Of a DNA stretch of 64,000 nucleotides, positions 37,614-47,536 are shown one piece after another. The notes beneath the pieces are model-generated. The model was not told where the DNA came from. It saw nothing but the letters and a program-made list of their open reading frames with translations, and did no database searches. Made by a program: the position numbers and the translations under genes. How positions within the stretch are numbered: position 1 is the stretch's first letter; every line of letters begins with the position of its first letter. Source of the DNA: Patescibacteria group bacterium. GTDB lineage: Bacteria; Patescibacteriota; Minisyncoccia; Phycocordibacterales; JAKFXT01. Location: the NCBI GenBank assembly GCA_021731245.1, contig JAKFXT010000015.1, positions 14,889-78,888 on the forward strand, given 5' to 3'.

Positions 37614-38309
37614 ATGATTGAGATAATTCCTGCCATAATGCCAAGTGACTTTGCTGATTTGTCGTCCAAAGTTGCACGGGTTGCACCTTTTGTTTCATCT
37701 GTTCAGCTAGATATTATGGACGGTGATTTTGTGCCAGAAAAAACTTGGCCATATCACGGAGAAATTATGGATTTTAAAAAGTTGCAGAGAGAAGCCCTCG
37801 GTCTTCCTGAATGGGAAAAAATAAATTATGAAATTGATTTGATGGTATCAAGTCCTGATAGGGATGCACTTGAATGGATTAAGATTGGAGCCTCTAGAAT
37901 AATCTTGCATTTTGAAAGTCACCCAGAAATAAAAAGTATAATTGAGAAAATTCGCCAAGAATATGGCAGAAAGTCAGATAATTATTCTGCACCCGAAATA
38001 GGGCTCGCAATTGGTACAGAGATTCCGCTTGAAAAAATAGACTCTTTAATTCCATTAGTTGATTTCGTGCAACAGATGGGAATTGAAAAAATTGGTTATC
38101 AGGGTGAAGCCTTTTCTCCAAAAGTAATACCGAGGATAAAAGAATTGAGAAAGAAATATCCTAACCTTATAATAAGCATTGATGGTGCAGTGAATGAGGA
38201 AACGGCGCCTGTTTTAGTAAGTGCAGGAGTAACGAGACTTGTTTCTGGTTCTTATGTTTTCAATGCAGTGGATATAAAACAATCAATTGATACTTTGAAA
38301 AATATATAA
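37614..38309 (+). CDS. rpe: ribulose-phosphate 3-epimerase
   Basis: IIPAIMPSDFADL ... LDIMDG are conserved. The start was taken at the first ATG; the ORF track starts at a TTG at 37569. Confidence 0.8.
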   Translation: MIEIIPAIMPSDFADLSSKVARVAPFVSSVQLDIMDGDFVPEKTWPYHGEIMDFKKLQREALGLPEWEKINYEIDLMVSSPDRDALEWIKIGASRIILHFESHPEIKSIIEKIRQEYGRKSDNYSAPEIGLAIGTEIPLEKIDSLIPLVDFVQQMGIEKIGYQGEAFSPKVIPRIKELRKKYPNLIISIDGAVNEETAPVLVSAGVTRLVSGSYVFNAVDIKQSIDTLKNI

Positions 38310-38318
38310 AAATTTAAA

Positions 38319-39188
38319 ATGGATATTTTAAATGATAAAAAAATAGAAGAGTTAGAACTAAAAGCGAATGACATTCGTGAATCTATTATTGAAATGCTTT
38401 TGGAAGCCAAGTCGGGTCACACGGCAGGACCTCTTGGAATGGCGGACATATTTACGGCACTTTATTTTCATATTTTAAAACATGATCCAAAGAATCCAAT
38501 TTGGGAGGAGCGCGACAGATTAGTTTTGTCCAACGGCCACATTTGCCCAGTTTTGTACGCCACCATGGCACACTCTGGATATTTTGAAGTTGAGGAATTA
38601 AAAACATTAAGAAAATTTGGCTCTCGTTTACAGGGGCATCCTCATCGAGAATGGCTTCCAATGCTTGAAACATCTAGTGGGCCACTTGGTAGTGGTCTTT
38701 CACAAACTGTCGGTATGGCTTTGGCTGACAGAATTGATAATGGACGGGCAACTCAAAAGTTTTTCTATTGTTTAATGGGGGACGGAGAACTTGATGAAGG
38801 ACAAAATTGGGAGGCGATAATGCTTGCGGGGAAAGAGAAATTGCATAATTTGATAGCAATTGTCGATAGAAATAATATTCAAATAGATGGTTTTACAGAA
38901 GATATTATGCCACTTGAAAATTTGAGACAGAAATGGGAATCATTCAATTGGCATGTAGAAGAAATAGACGGACACAATTTCCCGCAAATAATTTCTGCAA
39001 TTGAGCATGCCAAAGCTATTTTTGAAAAGCCGTCAGTTATTATTGCTCACACAATTCCAGGAAAAGGCGTAAAAGAATTTGAGAGAAAATATGAGTGGCA
39101 CGGCAAACCACCAAATAAAGAGGAGGGGGCTATGGCTCTTGCAGAATTAAGAACTCTAGGAGGAAAAATAAAAAGCGAACATGAGTGA
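38319..39188 (+). CDS. transketolase, N-terminal (TPP-binding) subunit
   Basis: GHTAGPLGMADIFTALY and GDGELDEGQNWEA are TPP-binding motifs. The protein ends after the PP domain. Confidence 0.9.
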   Translation: MDILNDKKIEELELKANDIRESIIEMLLEAKSGHTAGPLGMADIFTALYFHILKHDPKNPIWEERDRLVLSNGHICPVLYATMAHSGYFEVEELKTLRKFGSRLQGHPHREWLPMLETSSGPLGSGLSQTVGMALADRIDNGRATQKFFYCLMGDGELDEGQNWEAIMLAGKEKLHNLIAIVDRNNIQIDGFTEDIMPLENLRQKWESFNWHVEEIDGHNFPQIISAIEHAKAIFEKPSVIIAHTIPGKGVKEFERKYEWHGKPPNKEEGAMALAELRTLGGKIKSEHE

Positions 39189-39411
39189 TATTCAGACGAT
39201 TATTTTTTATATACTTTTTGCACTATCTCTTTTTGCTTACTATCGCTTTCTTAAAGATCTAGTTGCTGAATTTTCTCAAATGTCAGTAAGTCGTAAAATA
39301 TTAAATGTAATTGCGGCCATCATATTTCTACCAACTGCTTATTTTTTAGCAATTCCCGGTATGCTGGTTCTTTTGTCTATATTTTATGTAGGAATTGGGA
39401 TGATAACATAA
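39181..39411 (+). CDS. small two-TM membrane protein, located between the two transketolase subunit genes
   Basis: A 76-aa ORF, ATGA-coupled to the upstream gene, with two clear hydrophobic helices. Coding status is unverified. Confidence 0.35.
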   Translation: MSDIQTIIFYILFALSLFAYYRFLKDLVAEFSQMSVSRKILNVIAAIIFLPTAYFLAIPGMLVLLSIFYVGIGMIT

Positions 39412-39417
39412 TAGAAA

Positions 39418-40407
39418 ATGCTTAATTCTGAACAAAAATTAAATATGAAATTGTTCGACAAAGATGTTGAACAAACGCCAATAAGAAAAGGATTTGGCGA
39501 AGGGCTTTTGATAGCAGGAGAAGCCGATAAAAATGTAGTGGGACTTTGTGCGGACTTAACCGAGTCCACGCAAATGCATTTTTTTAAAAACAAATTTCCT
39601 GAAAGATTTATTCAAATAGGAGTTGCAGAACAAAATTTAGCATCAGTTGCATCCGGCATGGCAGCGATGGGGAAAGTTCCTTTCATTACATCTTATGCAA
39701 TGTTTAGTCCAGGACGTAATTGGGAGCAAATTCGTACTACAATTTGCTATAACGATAGAAATGTAAAAATCGCAGGAAGCCACGCTGGAGTATCTGTCGG
39801 ACCTGATGGTGGAACACATCAAGCGATTGAAGACATTGCTATTACTAGAGTAATTCCGCGACTTACAGTAATTTCCCCGTGTGATTCTGTTGAAGCTAAG
39901 AAAGCAACTATTGCTGCCGCTAAAATTAATGGGCCTGTTTATATTCGTTTGGCGAGAGAAAAAACTCCAATAATAACGACAGAGGAGACTCCTTTTGAAA
40001 TTGGAAAGGCGCAAATATTTTGGAAAGGAGAGAAGCCCGTCGCGACAATTGTCGCGACGGGGGTCCTTGTTCATAAAGCGTTAGTTGCAGCAAAAGAGTT
40101 GGAAGAAGATGGAATTCAAACAATTGTTGTTAATCTTTCAACAATAAAACCATTTGATGAAAAAACTATACTGGACGTTGCAAAGCGAACCGGAAAAGTG
40201 GTGACTATAGAAGAGCATCAAGCGAAAGGGGGAATGGGAAGTGCTGTTTCAGAATTTCTTTCTCAAAATCATCCAGTTAAAATGAAAATAATTGGCATAA
40301 ATGATGAATTTGGGCAATCAGGAACACAGGATGAACTTCTAGAACATTACGGACTTAGCGTTTCTAGTATAAAAACCGCCGTAAAAGGACTCATTGAAAA
40401 TTCATGA
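39418..40407 (+). CDS. transketolase, C-terminal (pyrimidine-binding + C-terminal domain) subunit
   Basis: GVAEQNLASVASGMA ... GSHAGVSVGPDGGTHQAIEDIA are conserved. Confidence 0.9.
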   Translation: MLNSEQKLNMKLFDKDVEQTPIRKGFGEGLLIAGEADKNVVGLCADLTESTQMHFFKNKFPERFIQIGVAEQNLASVASGMAAMGKVPFITSYAMFSPGRNWEQIRTTICYNDRNVKIAGSHAGVSVGPDGGTHQAIEDIAITRVIPRLTVISPCDSVEAKKATIAAAKINGPVYIRLAREKTPIITTEETPFEIGKAQIFWKGEKPVATIVATGVLVHKALVAAKELEEDGIQTIVVNLSTIKPFDEKTILDVAKRTGKVVTIEEHQAKGGMGSAVSEFLSQNHPVKMKIIGINDEFGQSGTQDELLEHYGLSVSSIKTAVKGLIENS

Positions 40408-40431
40408 AGTAATTGATATATTGTTACGTCT

Positions 40432-41412
40432 ATGACACCAAAAACAACCGCCAAGGATTTTTTCGTCTATCTCGGCACAGTAATACTCCTATATGTTTCT
40501 TTTGGTTCTCTCCTCAATCTTCTTTTCAATTACATAAATTATTTTTTCCCAGACCTTCTTACAGATAGTGTTTATTACTATGATCCGTATACAGCCGCGG
40601 TTAGATTTTCTTTAGCAGTACTCATAATTTTGTTCCCAGTGTTTTGGTTTGCAACTTACTATACAAATAAAGATTTAAGAGCTCATCCAGAAAAACAAGA
40701 GCTTGGAATTAGAAAATGGTTGCTCTATCTTACAATTTTTGTTGCATCCATCATTGTCATAGGAGATTTGGTAACACTAGTAAATGTTTTTCTAAACGGT
40801 GAAATTACCACTCGATTTATATTAAAAGTTGGTACGGTATTGATTCTAACGGGACTAACTCTTCTTTACTACACTTGGGATTTGAAAGGGAAATATATAG
40901 AGAAGCCAATGGTAGGGCGCTCCCTTGGAGTCTTGATGGCTGTAATTGTTGCGGCTTCAATTATTGGCGGATTCTTTGTTATAGGATCTCCCGCAAGTCA
41001 AAGACAAATTCGTTTTGATCAGCAAAAGTTGAGTGATCTCCAAAATATTCAATGGCAAATAGTTAATTATTGGCAACAGAAATCAAAAATGCCAAAGACG
41101 CTTTCTGATTTAGCCGACCCAATAAGTGGTGCTGTAATACCAAAAGATAAGGAAACAGGAAAAGATTATGAGTACACTTTAGGAGTTGGCACAAGCTTTA
41201 AACTTTGCGCTGTCTTCAATAAAGAAAGCAATGAAAGAAGTTACCCAGACCCATATGGAGGAAAAGGAGGTGGAATAGGGTTAAGTGAGCCTTCCATGAC
41301 GTATCCATATCCTGGTCTTGGAATAGATGAAAATTGGAAGCACCCTGCTGGAAATTATTGTTTTGAAAGAAAGATTGATCCAGAGAGATATAAGCCTTAT
41401 CCGAAAATATAA
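40432..41412 (+). CDS. hypothetical membrane protein (4 N-terminal TM helices plus an extracytoplasmic domain)
   Basis: Topology only. No recognisable catalytic motif. Confidence 0.45.
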   Translation: MTPKTTAKDFFVYLGTVILLYVSFGSLLNLLFNYINYFFPDLLTDSVYYYDPYTAAVRFSLAVLIILFPVFWFATYYTNKDLRAHPEKQELGIRKWLLYLTIFVASIIVIGDLVTLVNVFLNGEITTRFILKVGTVLILTGLTLLYYTWDLKGKYIEKPMVGRSLGVLMAVIVAASIIGGFFVIGSPASQRQIRFDQQKLSDLQNIQWQIVNYWQQKSKMPKTLSDLADPISGAVIPKDKETGKDYEYTLGVGTSFKLCAVFNKESNERSYPDPYGGKGGGIGLSEPSMTYPYPGLGIDENWKHPAGNYCFERKIDPERYKPYPKI

Positions 41413-41414
41413 AG

Positions 41415-41445
41415 AAAAAACCTCCCATTCGATGGGAGGTTTTTT
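41415..41445. terminator. bidirectional rho-independent terminator between convergent genes
   Basis: AAAAAA-CCTCCCA-ttcga-TGGGAGG-TTTTTTCTTTT. Confidence 0.8.
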
Positions 41446-41460
41446 CTTTTCACTTTATTC

Positions 41461-42471
41461 CTATTCAACTATTTTCTGTGGCTTATAGCTCTCTGGTTTG
41501 TGATTTAAATAATTTTCTAAATCACCTCGATGGAGCAATCCTTTTTGGGCTCCCACTTGTTGAACAACAGACATTGAATTAATTGGCCCCCATGAGAGCG
41601 CTTCAGGAATTGATTTTCCAAGAGCTAGCGCGCAAGCAAAAGTGGAGGCAAAAGCATCTCCCGCACCTGTTCTTTCATATGGTGGCTTTGGATCAGGGTA
41701 AGGTGGCATGAACCAAGCCTCTTTCCCATCGTATGCATAAGCCCCTCTTGGTCCATCAGTTACTACTACAATTTTTGGTCCTTCTTGATGCATTAGGTGA
41801 AGTAGGCGACCCACTTTATGTTCGTCTGTGTTTAATATTCTTTTAGCTTCTTCTACATTGCAGAAAAAAACTTCTGTGAGCAAATAAATTTCTCGAAGTT
41901 TGGCAATTCCCAATTTCATTTGGAATGTCCCTGGCTGAAAGGCCAATTTAATACTTGGGTGTGCTTTTAAATAATTTATTATTTCTTTGTGATAGGGAAG
42001 AGATTGTTCTCCGAGGGATGAAAGATAAAGCCACTTAGGGTTTCCAATATCAGGAAATTTGTAAGGATAATCAAAATGTTTTACTAAAATTGTTCTATCA
42101 TCTTCAAACCAAAGCACGTAGTGGTAATTACTTTTCATACCATCGTGCAAATTTACAAAAGAAGTGTCTATATTATTGCTCTTGAGTGTTGTGATTGTTT
42201 CCTCTGCTACTTTGTCATCGCCCAAATCAGTAACAAGGGCAGTTTTTAAACCAAGCCGAGAAGCAGATACAGCGGCATTTGGACTATTTCCAACTCCTGC
42301 TAAAACTTCTACAAATTCGTAAGGGATTTTATCCCCAAAGCGCATTGAGATTTGGCAGTTTTCTTTATCTACATCACAGTGGACGGAAGCGTCTTTCAAA
42401 CGAATGAATGCATCTGTCACAATGTCGCCAACAGCAACAAAATCAAATTCCTTTTTCTCTCCAAGATTCAT
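41461..42471 (-). CDS. PfkB-family carbohydrate/nucleoside kinase
   Basis: The C-terminal TGAGDAFASTFACALALG motif (the PfkB anion hole) and N-terminal GG-like motifs. Confidence 0.8.
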   Translation of the reverse strand: MNLGEKKEFDFVAVGDIVTDAFIRLKDASVHCDVDKENCQISMRFGDKIPYEFVEVLAGVGNSPNAAVSASRLGLKTALVTDLGDDKVAEETITTLKSNNIDTSFVNLHDGMKSNYHYVLWFEDDRTILVKHFDYPYKFPDIGNPKWLYLSSLGEQSLPYHKEIINYLKAHPSIKLAFQPGTFQMKLGIAKLREIYLLTEVFFCNVEEAKRILNTDEHKVGRLLHLMHQEGPKIVVVTDGPRGAYAYDGKEAWFMPPYPDPKPPYERTGAGDAFASTFACALALGKSIPEALSWGPINSMSVVQQVGAQKGLLHRGDLENYLNHKPESYKPQKIVE

Positions 42472-42517
42472 TGAAAAATTATATCACAGCACGTGTTATA
42501 ATTTTTAATAATAAAAT

Positions 42518-43378
42518 ATGAAAACTTATAGAGAATACATAAAAGACGCGCAAAGTCGCGGAGTGGCCATAGGACATTTTAATATTTCTAACATTGAAGT
42601 TTTTTGGGCGGTGGTGAATGCGGGAAGAAAACTTAATTTGCCAGTAATTATTGGAGTTTCTGAAGGAGAAAGGGATTTTATAGGAATAAAGGAGGCGCGA
42701 GCGCTTGTGACAAGCGCTCGCGAAGAGTTTAATCACCCAATTTTCCTAAACGCTGACCACACTTATTCATTTGAAAGAGTGAAAGAAGTGATCGATGAGG
42801 GTTACGACAGTGTGATTTTTGATGGAGCTAAACTTTCATTTGAAGAAAATGCAAAAATTGCTAAGCAGTGTGTAGATTATGCAAGAAAAGTGAACCCGGA
42901 AATATTAGTTGAAGCAGAACTCGGCTACATTGGCATGTCCTCCAAGGTGTTGGACGAAATACCTGAAGGAGTTTCCCTTTCAAATTTAACTACGGGAGTG
43001 GATGCTAAAAGATTTGTGGATGAAACAGGTGTGGATTTGTTTGCTCCATCGGTTGGGAATATTCATGGCATGCTTAGAAATACTAAAGACCCAAGACTTA
43101 ATATTGAAAGAGTAAAAGAAATAAGTGAAGCGACAGGAAGGCCTCTCGTGCTTCACGGTGGCTCTGGCACAGAGGATGAGGATTTTGTTAATGCTATAAA
43201 AGCTGGGGTCGCCATAGTCCACATAAGTACAGAACTTCGCGTTGCCTATCATGACGCTCTGAAAAAGAGTATGGATGATAATCCAAATGAGGTGGCGCCG
43301 TATAAAATGATGAAACCGGTGATTGAAGCTGTGCAAATAGTAGTAGAAAAGCGCTTAAGTCTTTTCAATGGTATGTAG
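42518..43378 (+). CDS. fba: class II fructose-/tagatose-bisphosphate aldolase
   Basis: GHFNISN ... LNADH ... LVLHGGSG are metal-binding motifs of class II FBA. Confidence 0.85.
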   Translation: MKTYREYIKDAQSRGVAIGHFNISNIEVFWAVVNAGRKLNLPVIIGVSEGERDFIGIKEARALVTSAREEFNHPIFLNADHTYSFERVKEVIDEGYDSVIFDGAKLSFEENAKIAKQCVDYARKVNPEILVEAELGYIGMSSKVLDEIPEGVSLSNLTTGVDAKRFVDETGVDLFAPSVGNIHGMLRNTKDPRLNIERVKEISEATGRPLVLHGGSGTEDEDFVNAIKAGVAIVHISTELRVAYHDALKKSMDDNPNEVAPYKMMKPVIEAVQIVVEKRLSLFNGM

Positions 43379-43425
43379 GGCGTAAGGAATTGCCTTTTAA
43401 GGCAAAATCAGTATACTAGTCCCTT

Positions 43426-44112
43426 ATGTCAGCGGAACAGTTTACACTTACAATACAACCTAGAGAAATACTCGGGAAAACTTCAAAACGCCTACCAAAA
43501 GACCAAATGGCGGCTGTTTATTATGGCCACAAAGAAAAATCAACACCAGTTGTTTTGCTTAGAAGTGAATTTACTAAAGTTTTCAAAAAGGCAGGGGAGT
43601 CCAGTGTTGTAATTCTTGATAATGGAGGTAAAAAGTTGGAAGCCCTTATACACGAAGTTGATTTTGACCCTGTGAAGGGAGATGTGCGTCATGCAGATTT
43701 TTATATTCTAGAAAAAGGAAAAAAGGTGCAAATTGATATACCCCTTGATTTTGAAGGAGAGTCTGAAGCTGTGAAAAGCTTGGGCGGTATTTTGGTTAAG
43801 GTTATGCGTGAGATTGAAATTGAAGCAGAACCAAAAGATTTACCACACTCAATTGCAGTTGATATAAGCGCCCTTACAAATTTGGATAGTCAAATTACTA
43901 TTGCTGATTTGAAATTACCGGCTGGTGTTCGTGCTACAGGCGATGTAACTGAGGTGGTTGTTTCCATTACTGTTGCTAAAGAAGAAGTTGTGGAAGAACC
44001 AGTAGATCTCTCAACAATTGAAGTAGAAAAGAAAGGTAAAGTTGTAGAAGAAGGAGCAGAGGGCGAAGCTGCTGAAGCACCACAAGGAGAAAAAAAGTCA
44101 GAAAAGAAATAA
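43426..44112 (+). CDS. rplY: 50S ribosomal protein L25 (Ctc form)
   Basis: L25/TL5 beta-barrel N-domain plus an acidic C-terminal extension. Confidence 0.8.
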   Translation: MSAEQFTLTIQPREILGKTSKRLPKDQMAAVYYGHKEKSTPVVLLRSEFTKVFKKAGESSVVILDNGGKKLEALIHEVDFDPVKGDVRHADFYILEKGKKVQIDIPLDFEGESEAVKSLGGILVKVMREIEIEAEPKDLPHSIAVDISALTNLDSQITIADLKLPAGVRATGDVTEVVVSITVAKEEVVEEPVDLSTIEVEKKGKVVEEGAEGEAAEAPQGEKKSEKK

Positions 44113-44173
44113 TTTCTGTTATTTCTTAATTTAAATGCCCTAAAATGGGCATGTTATAATTACATTTATAGAT

Positions 44174-45520
44174 ATGAGACGAACCATTTCAATTTCGTTG
44201 TTTTTTATTTTTTGCTTTTTCACTATAGGAGTCGCAGAAGCTCAGGTAAGTGGGCAGCTAAGTCCAGAAAGAAGAGCCGAGCTTGAAAGGCAACTTCAGG
44301 ATGTTGAAAAGCAAATAGCCGATCAACAAAAAGTACTTGAATCAAGACAAAAAGAATCAGTTTCTCTTGAAAGAGATGTGGCTATTTTGAATGCAAAAAT
44401 TAGTGAAGCCAAACTTTCTATAAAGGCGCGTAATTTAACTATTGAAAGACTGTCGGACGAAGTAAAGCAGAAAACAAAAGTTATAGGTGGACTTTCGGAT
44501 AAATTATTTAGAGAAAGGCAGTCTCTTTCTCAGATTTTGCGAAAAACCGATGAGATAGACGACTATTCTGTGGTAGAAATGGTTCTTGCCAACAAAACCA
44601 TTTCAGAATTTTTTTCGGATATTGATTCTTTTAAATCCGTAAATGATGCACTACAGACTTCTCTTGGTGTTGTAAAAGAAACTAAAGGAGAAACAGAAGA
44701 GGAGAGATCTACACTTGAAGAAAAAAAGAGGTCTCAAGCAGAACTTCTTCATTTACAAGAATTAGAAAAAAAGAAAATAGAGCAACAAGAAAAAGACAAG
44801 AAGACCATTTTAAGTCTTTCAAAAGGTCTTGAAAAAGAATATCAGAAAATCCTTGTTGAAAAACAATTAACTGCAGCGCAAATTAAATCGGAACTATTTC
44901 AATTGGTTGGTTCCGCCGCTATTCCATTTGAGACGGCTTACAAATATGCAAAGGAGGTGGAAGTAAAACTTGGAGTGCGACCAGCTTTTCTTTTAGCGGT
45001 TTTCCGTGAGGAATCTAATTTGGGACAAAATGTGGGAACGGGTAATTGGAGAGTAGATATGCATCCAACGAGAGATCAGCCAATTTTCGATGATTTAACA
45101 AGGGATTTGAATATTAACCCAGATACTGTACCTGTTTCGAAAAAGGTTTGGTATGGATACGGAGGTGCTATGGGTCCAGCTCAATTTATACCCTCTACTT
45201 GGGTCCTTTATGCCGGCTACAGCGAATCATCTAAGGGGTCTGGTGTTTGGACCTATAATTCATCTAAAGACCGAATAGGCGAATTGACGGGCAATAATCC
45301 ACCTAATCCGTGGAATCCAAGGGATGCCTTTTTTGCGTCTGGCCTTTTGCTTAGAGATAATGGCGCGGCCAAAGGGACGCGCGCTGCGGAACGCTTGGCG
45401 GCTCTTCGATATCTAGCCGGGTGGGCGAATGCTAGTAAGTCGGCTTATGCCTTTTATGGAAATGATGTGATGGAATTTGCCGATGAATATCAGGCTCAAA
45501 TCAATATTTTGAATAGGTAA
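44174..45520 (+). CDS. secreted coiled-coil protein with C-terminal lytic-transglycosylase-like domain
   Basis: Signal peptide, about 230 aa of coiled coil, then an MltB/SLT-like motif GAMGPAQFIPSTW. Confidence 0.5.
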   Translation: MRRTISISLFFIFCFFTIGVAEAQVSGQLSPERRAELERQLQDVEKQIADQQKVLESRQKESVSLERDVAILNAKISEAKLSIKARNLTIERLSDEVKQKTKVIGGLSDKLFRERQSLSQILRKTDEIDDYSVVEMVLANKTISEFFSDIDSFKSVNDALQTSLGVVKETKGETEEERSTLEEKKRSQAELLHLQELEKKKIEQQEKDKKTILSLSKGLEKEYQKILVEKQLTAAQIKSELFQLVGSAAIPFETAYKYAKEVEVKLGVRPAFLLAVFREESNLGQNVGTGNWRVDMHPTRDQPIFDDLTRDLNINPDTVPVSKKVWYGYGGAMGPAQFIPSTWVLYAGYSESSKGSGVWTYNSSKDRIGELTGNNPPNPWNPRDAFFASGLLLRDNGAAKGTRAAERLAALRYLAGWANASKSAYAFYGNDVMEFADEYQAQINILNR

Positions 45521-45566
45521 AATAGGTCTTGTTTTTTGTGATTACTTGGGGTAAAGTGTCAATTCA

Positions 45567-45806
45567 ATGAAAGCTGATATACATCCTAAATTTTTTACAG
45601 AGGCGAATGCAACCTGCGTTTGTGGAGCTGCCTTTGTTATTGGTTCTACAACCGAAAAAATAAAAGTAGAAATTTGCAGTAACTGCCACCCTTTTTATAC
45701 TGGAAACGATAAGATATTGGATACTGCTGGACGTGTTGAGAAGTTTAAGACTCGTGCCGCCGCTGCTAAGCCAACTAAGGCTCCAAAGAAAAAAAGTTCA
45801 AAATAA
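45567..45806 (+). CDS. rpmE: 50S ribosomal protein L31
   Basis: MKADIHPKF ... the C..C ... [10 protein letters not shown] zinc ribbon. Confidence 0.85.
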   Translation: MKADIHPKFFTEANATCVCGAAFVIGSTTEKIKVEICSNCHPFYTGNDKILDTAGRVEKFKTRAAAAKPTKAPKKKSSK

Positions 45807-45817
45807 CTTAAGAAGCG

Positions 45818-45853
45818 TCCCGTGAACAGGAATCCTGTTCACGGGGCTATTTT
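45818..45853 (+). terminator. rho-independent terminator
   Basis: CCCGTGAACAGG-aatc-CTGTTCACGGG followed by GCTATTTT. Confidence 0.75.
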
Positions 45854-45868
45854 GCTACAATTAAATTA

Positions 45869-46843
45869 ATGAGCGAAGAACGCCTAAAAGAATTTAAAGA
45901 AAATTATAAGACCTCCTATTTGGCAGGTCGTTTTGAGCAATTGAAAAAACAAGAAGAAGAATTGTTGGAAATGAATAAGGACGAAAGTCTACAATCAATG
46001 GTGGAAGAAGAATTGAAGACATTGAGAGAAGAAATAAATACAGCTTGGAACCAGATGGAGAATATAGTTAAAGAAGAAGAAACTGAAGATAAGTTTCCTA
46101 ATGAAATAATTTTAGAAGTGCGTGCGGGAACAGGCGGTGAGGAAGCGGCTCTTTTTGCCTGGCAACTTGCAAGAATGTATGAGCGATATGCGCAAAAAGT
46201 TGGTTGGCAATTTAAAAATGTTTACGAATCAAAAAGTCCACTGGACGGATACAAAGAAGCAGCTTTTGAAGTAACAGGACAAGATGTTTATAAAAAACTT
46301 AGATTTGAAACAGGGGTTCATAGAGTTCAGAGAATCCCTGCGACAGAAAAGTCAGGACGCCTCCATACTTCTACGTCTAGTGTTGTTATTTTGCCAATAG
46401 TAAAAAAATCAAAAATAGTAATAAATCCAGTTGATTTGGAAATGGAATTTTCTCGCTCAGGTGGAGCAGGCGGTCAAAATGTTAACAAAGTAGAAACTGC
46501 TGTAAGACTTATTCATAAGCCAACAGGTATTGATGTGCGTTGTACATCTGAAAGAAGCCAGCAGAAAAATAGAGAAAAAGCTTTGGCGATTCTTTCGGCA
46601 AAATTACAAGTTCTTCAAGATGAGGAAGAGGCGAAAAAAGAATCAGGAAATAGAAAGGGTCAAATAGGAACAGGAAACAGAAATGAAAAAATAAGAACCT
46701 ACAATTTCCCGCAAGACAGAGTCACCGATCACAGAATAAAAGAAAGTTGGCACAATTTGCCAGCGATTTTAGAAGGCGGAATTGAAGACATCGTTGATTT
46801 ATTGCAAACCAAAGAGCACGGGGAAGTGGTTGATCAAGATTAA
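45869..46843 (+). CDS. prfA: peptide chain release factor 1
   Basis: GGQ motif ([12 protein letters not shown]) and RF1-type PAT tripeptide. Confidence 0.9.
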   Translation: MSEERLKEFKENYKTSYLAGRFEQLKKQEEELLEMNKDESLQSMVEEELKTLREEINTAWNQMENIVKEEETEDKFPNEIILEVRAGTGGEEAALFAWQLARMYERYAQKVGWQFKNVYESKSPLDGYKEAAFEVTGQDVYKKLRFETGVHRVQRIPATEKSGRLHTSTSSVVILPIVKKSKIVINPVDLEMEFSRSGGAGGQNVNKVETAVRLIHKPTGIDVRCTSERSQQKNREKALAILSAKLQVLQDEEEAKKESGNRKGQIGTGNRNEKIRTYNFPQDRVTDHRIKESWHNLPAILEGGIEDIVDLLQTKEHGEVVDQD

Positions 46844-46852
46844 ATATAAAAT

Positions 46853-46878
46853 AAAAACCCCGCGTGAGCGGGGTTTTG
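46853..46878. terminator. bidirectional rho-independent terminator (serves prfA and the minus-strand GC-rich gene)
   Basis: AAAAA-CCCCGC-gtga-GCGGGG-TTTTG. Confidence 0.8.
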
Positions 46879-46895
46879 AAAACTGGGGCGGAGAG

Positions 46896-47417
46896 TTACT
46901 TCGCCGCCAGAACATCCTTGTCGATCTGCAGTAGCTTGGCGTGCTTTTCGACGCTTGTGTAGTTCATCGCGCCGATTGGCATTTGCCGTATTTGCCGAAG
47001 ATCACTGACCGTCAGCGCCCAGAAGTAGGGATAGAAGAACTGGCGGTTTTGATCTCCCACCTTATCCGCGAACTCCTTGAGCGCGTAGGTCTTGCCGTCG
47101 ATTCGAACACCTGGCCTTTCCTTCGAGATGTCGACCTCGAGGCTGACCAGAACATATGTAGCGAAAACGCTCCGCATGTTTTCTTTTTCTCGGACGAGGA
47201 AGCCTTCGTAGCTCCGGCAGTAGGTGCAGTCCCCACTGCTCAAGTAGATGAACAGCTGCTTTTTTTCTTCTTTCGCCGTCTTGATTGCGGACGTGAGGTC
47301 GAAGACCTTGCGTCCAGATTCAATCGCAGGCACGACCTTGATCGGCTTGAAATCTTCCGGCATACCTGCGAACGCCGGAAAAACAACTGCAACCAGCAGA
47401 AGCAAAAATGCTTTCAT
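46896..47417 (-). CDS. secreted thioredoxin-fold protein with CxxC (CTYC) motif; G+C-rich, foreign-composition gene
   Basis: Signal peptide MKAFLLLLVAVVFPAFAG and redox motif LSSGDCTYCRSYEG. The ORF is GC-rich with G/C-ending codons. It has its own consensus promoter, a 5' hairpin, an AAGGAG RBS 8 nt before the ATG, and a terminator. Confidence 0.6.
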   Translation of the reverse strand: MKAFLLLLVAVVFPAFAGMPEDFKPIKVVPAIESGRKVFDLTSAIKTAKEEKKQLFIYLSSGDCTYCRSYEGFLVREKENMRSVFATYVLVSLEVDISKERPGVRIDGKTYALKEFADKVGDQNRQFFYPYFWALTVSDLRQIRQMPIGAMNYTSVEKHAKLLQIDKDVLAAK

Positions 47418-47467
47418 GGAAAGATCTCCTTATATCGGCGTTGCGAAAGCAACGCTATCTATTGTCT

Positions 47468-47496
47468 ATTATACTCCAATAAAAGCCAAAAGTCAA
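47468..47496 (-). promoter_or_regulatory. consensus promoter on the minus strand: TTGACT - 17 nt - TATAAT
   Basis: Plus-strand agtcaa (47491-96) and attata (47468-73). The 5'-UTR hairpin GCGTTGC-uuuc-GCAACGC is at 47438-55. Confidence 0.6.
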
Positions 47497-47536
47497 TATG
47501 AAATGAGAAGAAGTAAAATAATGGCCTATTTTATAG

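Noticed and set aside
44118-44160. ATGCCC-taaaat-GGGCAT hairpin after rplY as a terminator
   Set aside because: It is a perfect 6-bp inverted repeat, but it is not followed by a T-run. The loop and downstream sequence look like -10 elements (TAAAAT, TATAAT) for the next gene, so it is more likely promoter-region sequence than a terminator.
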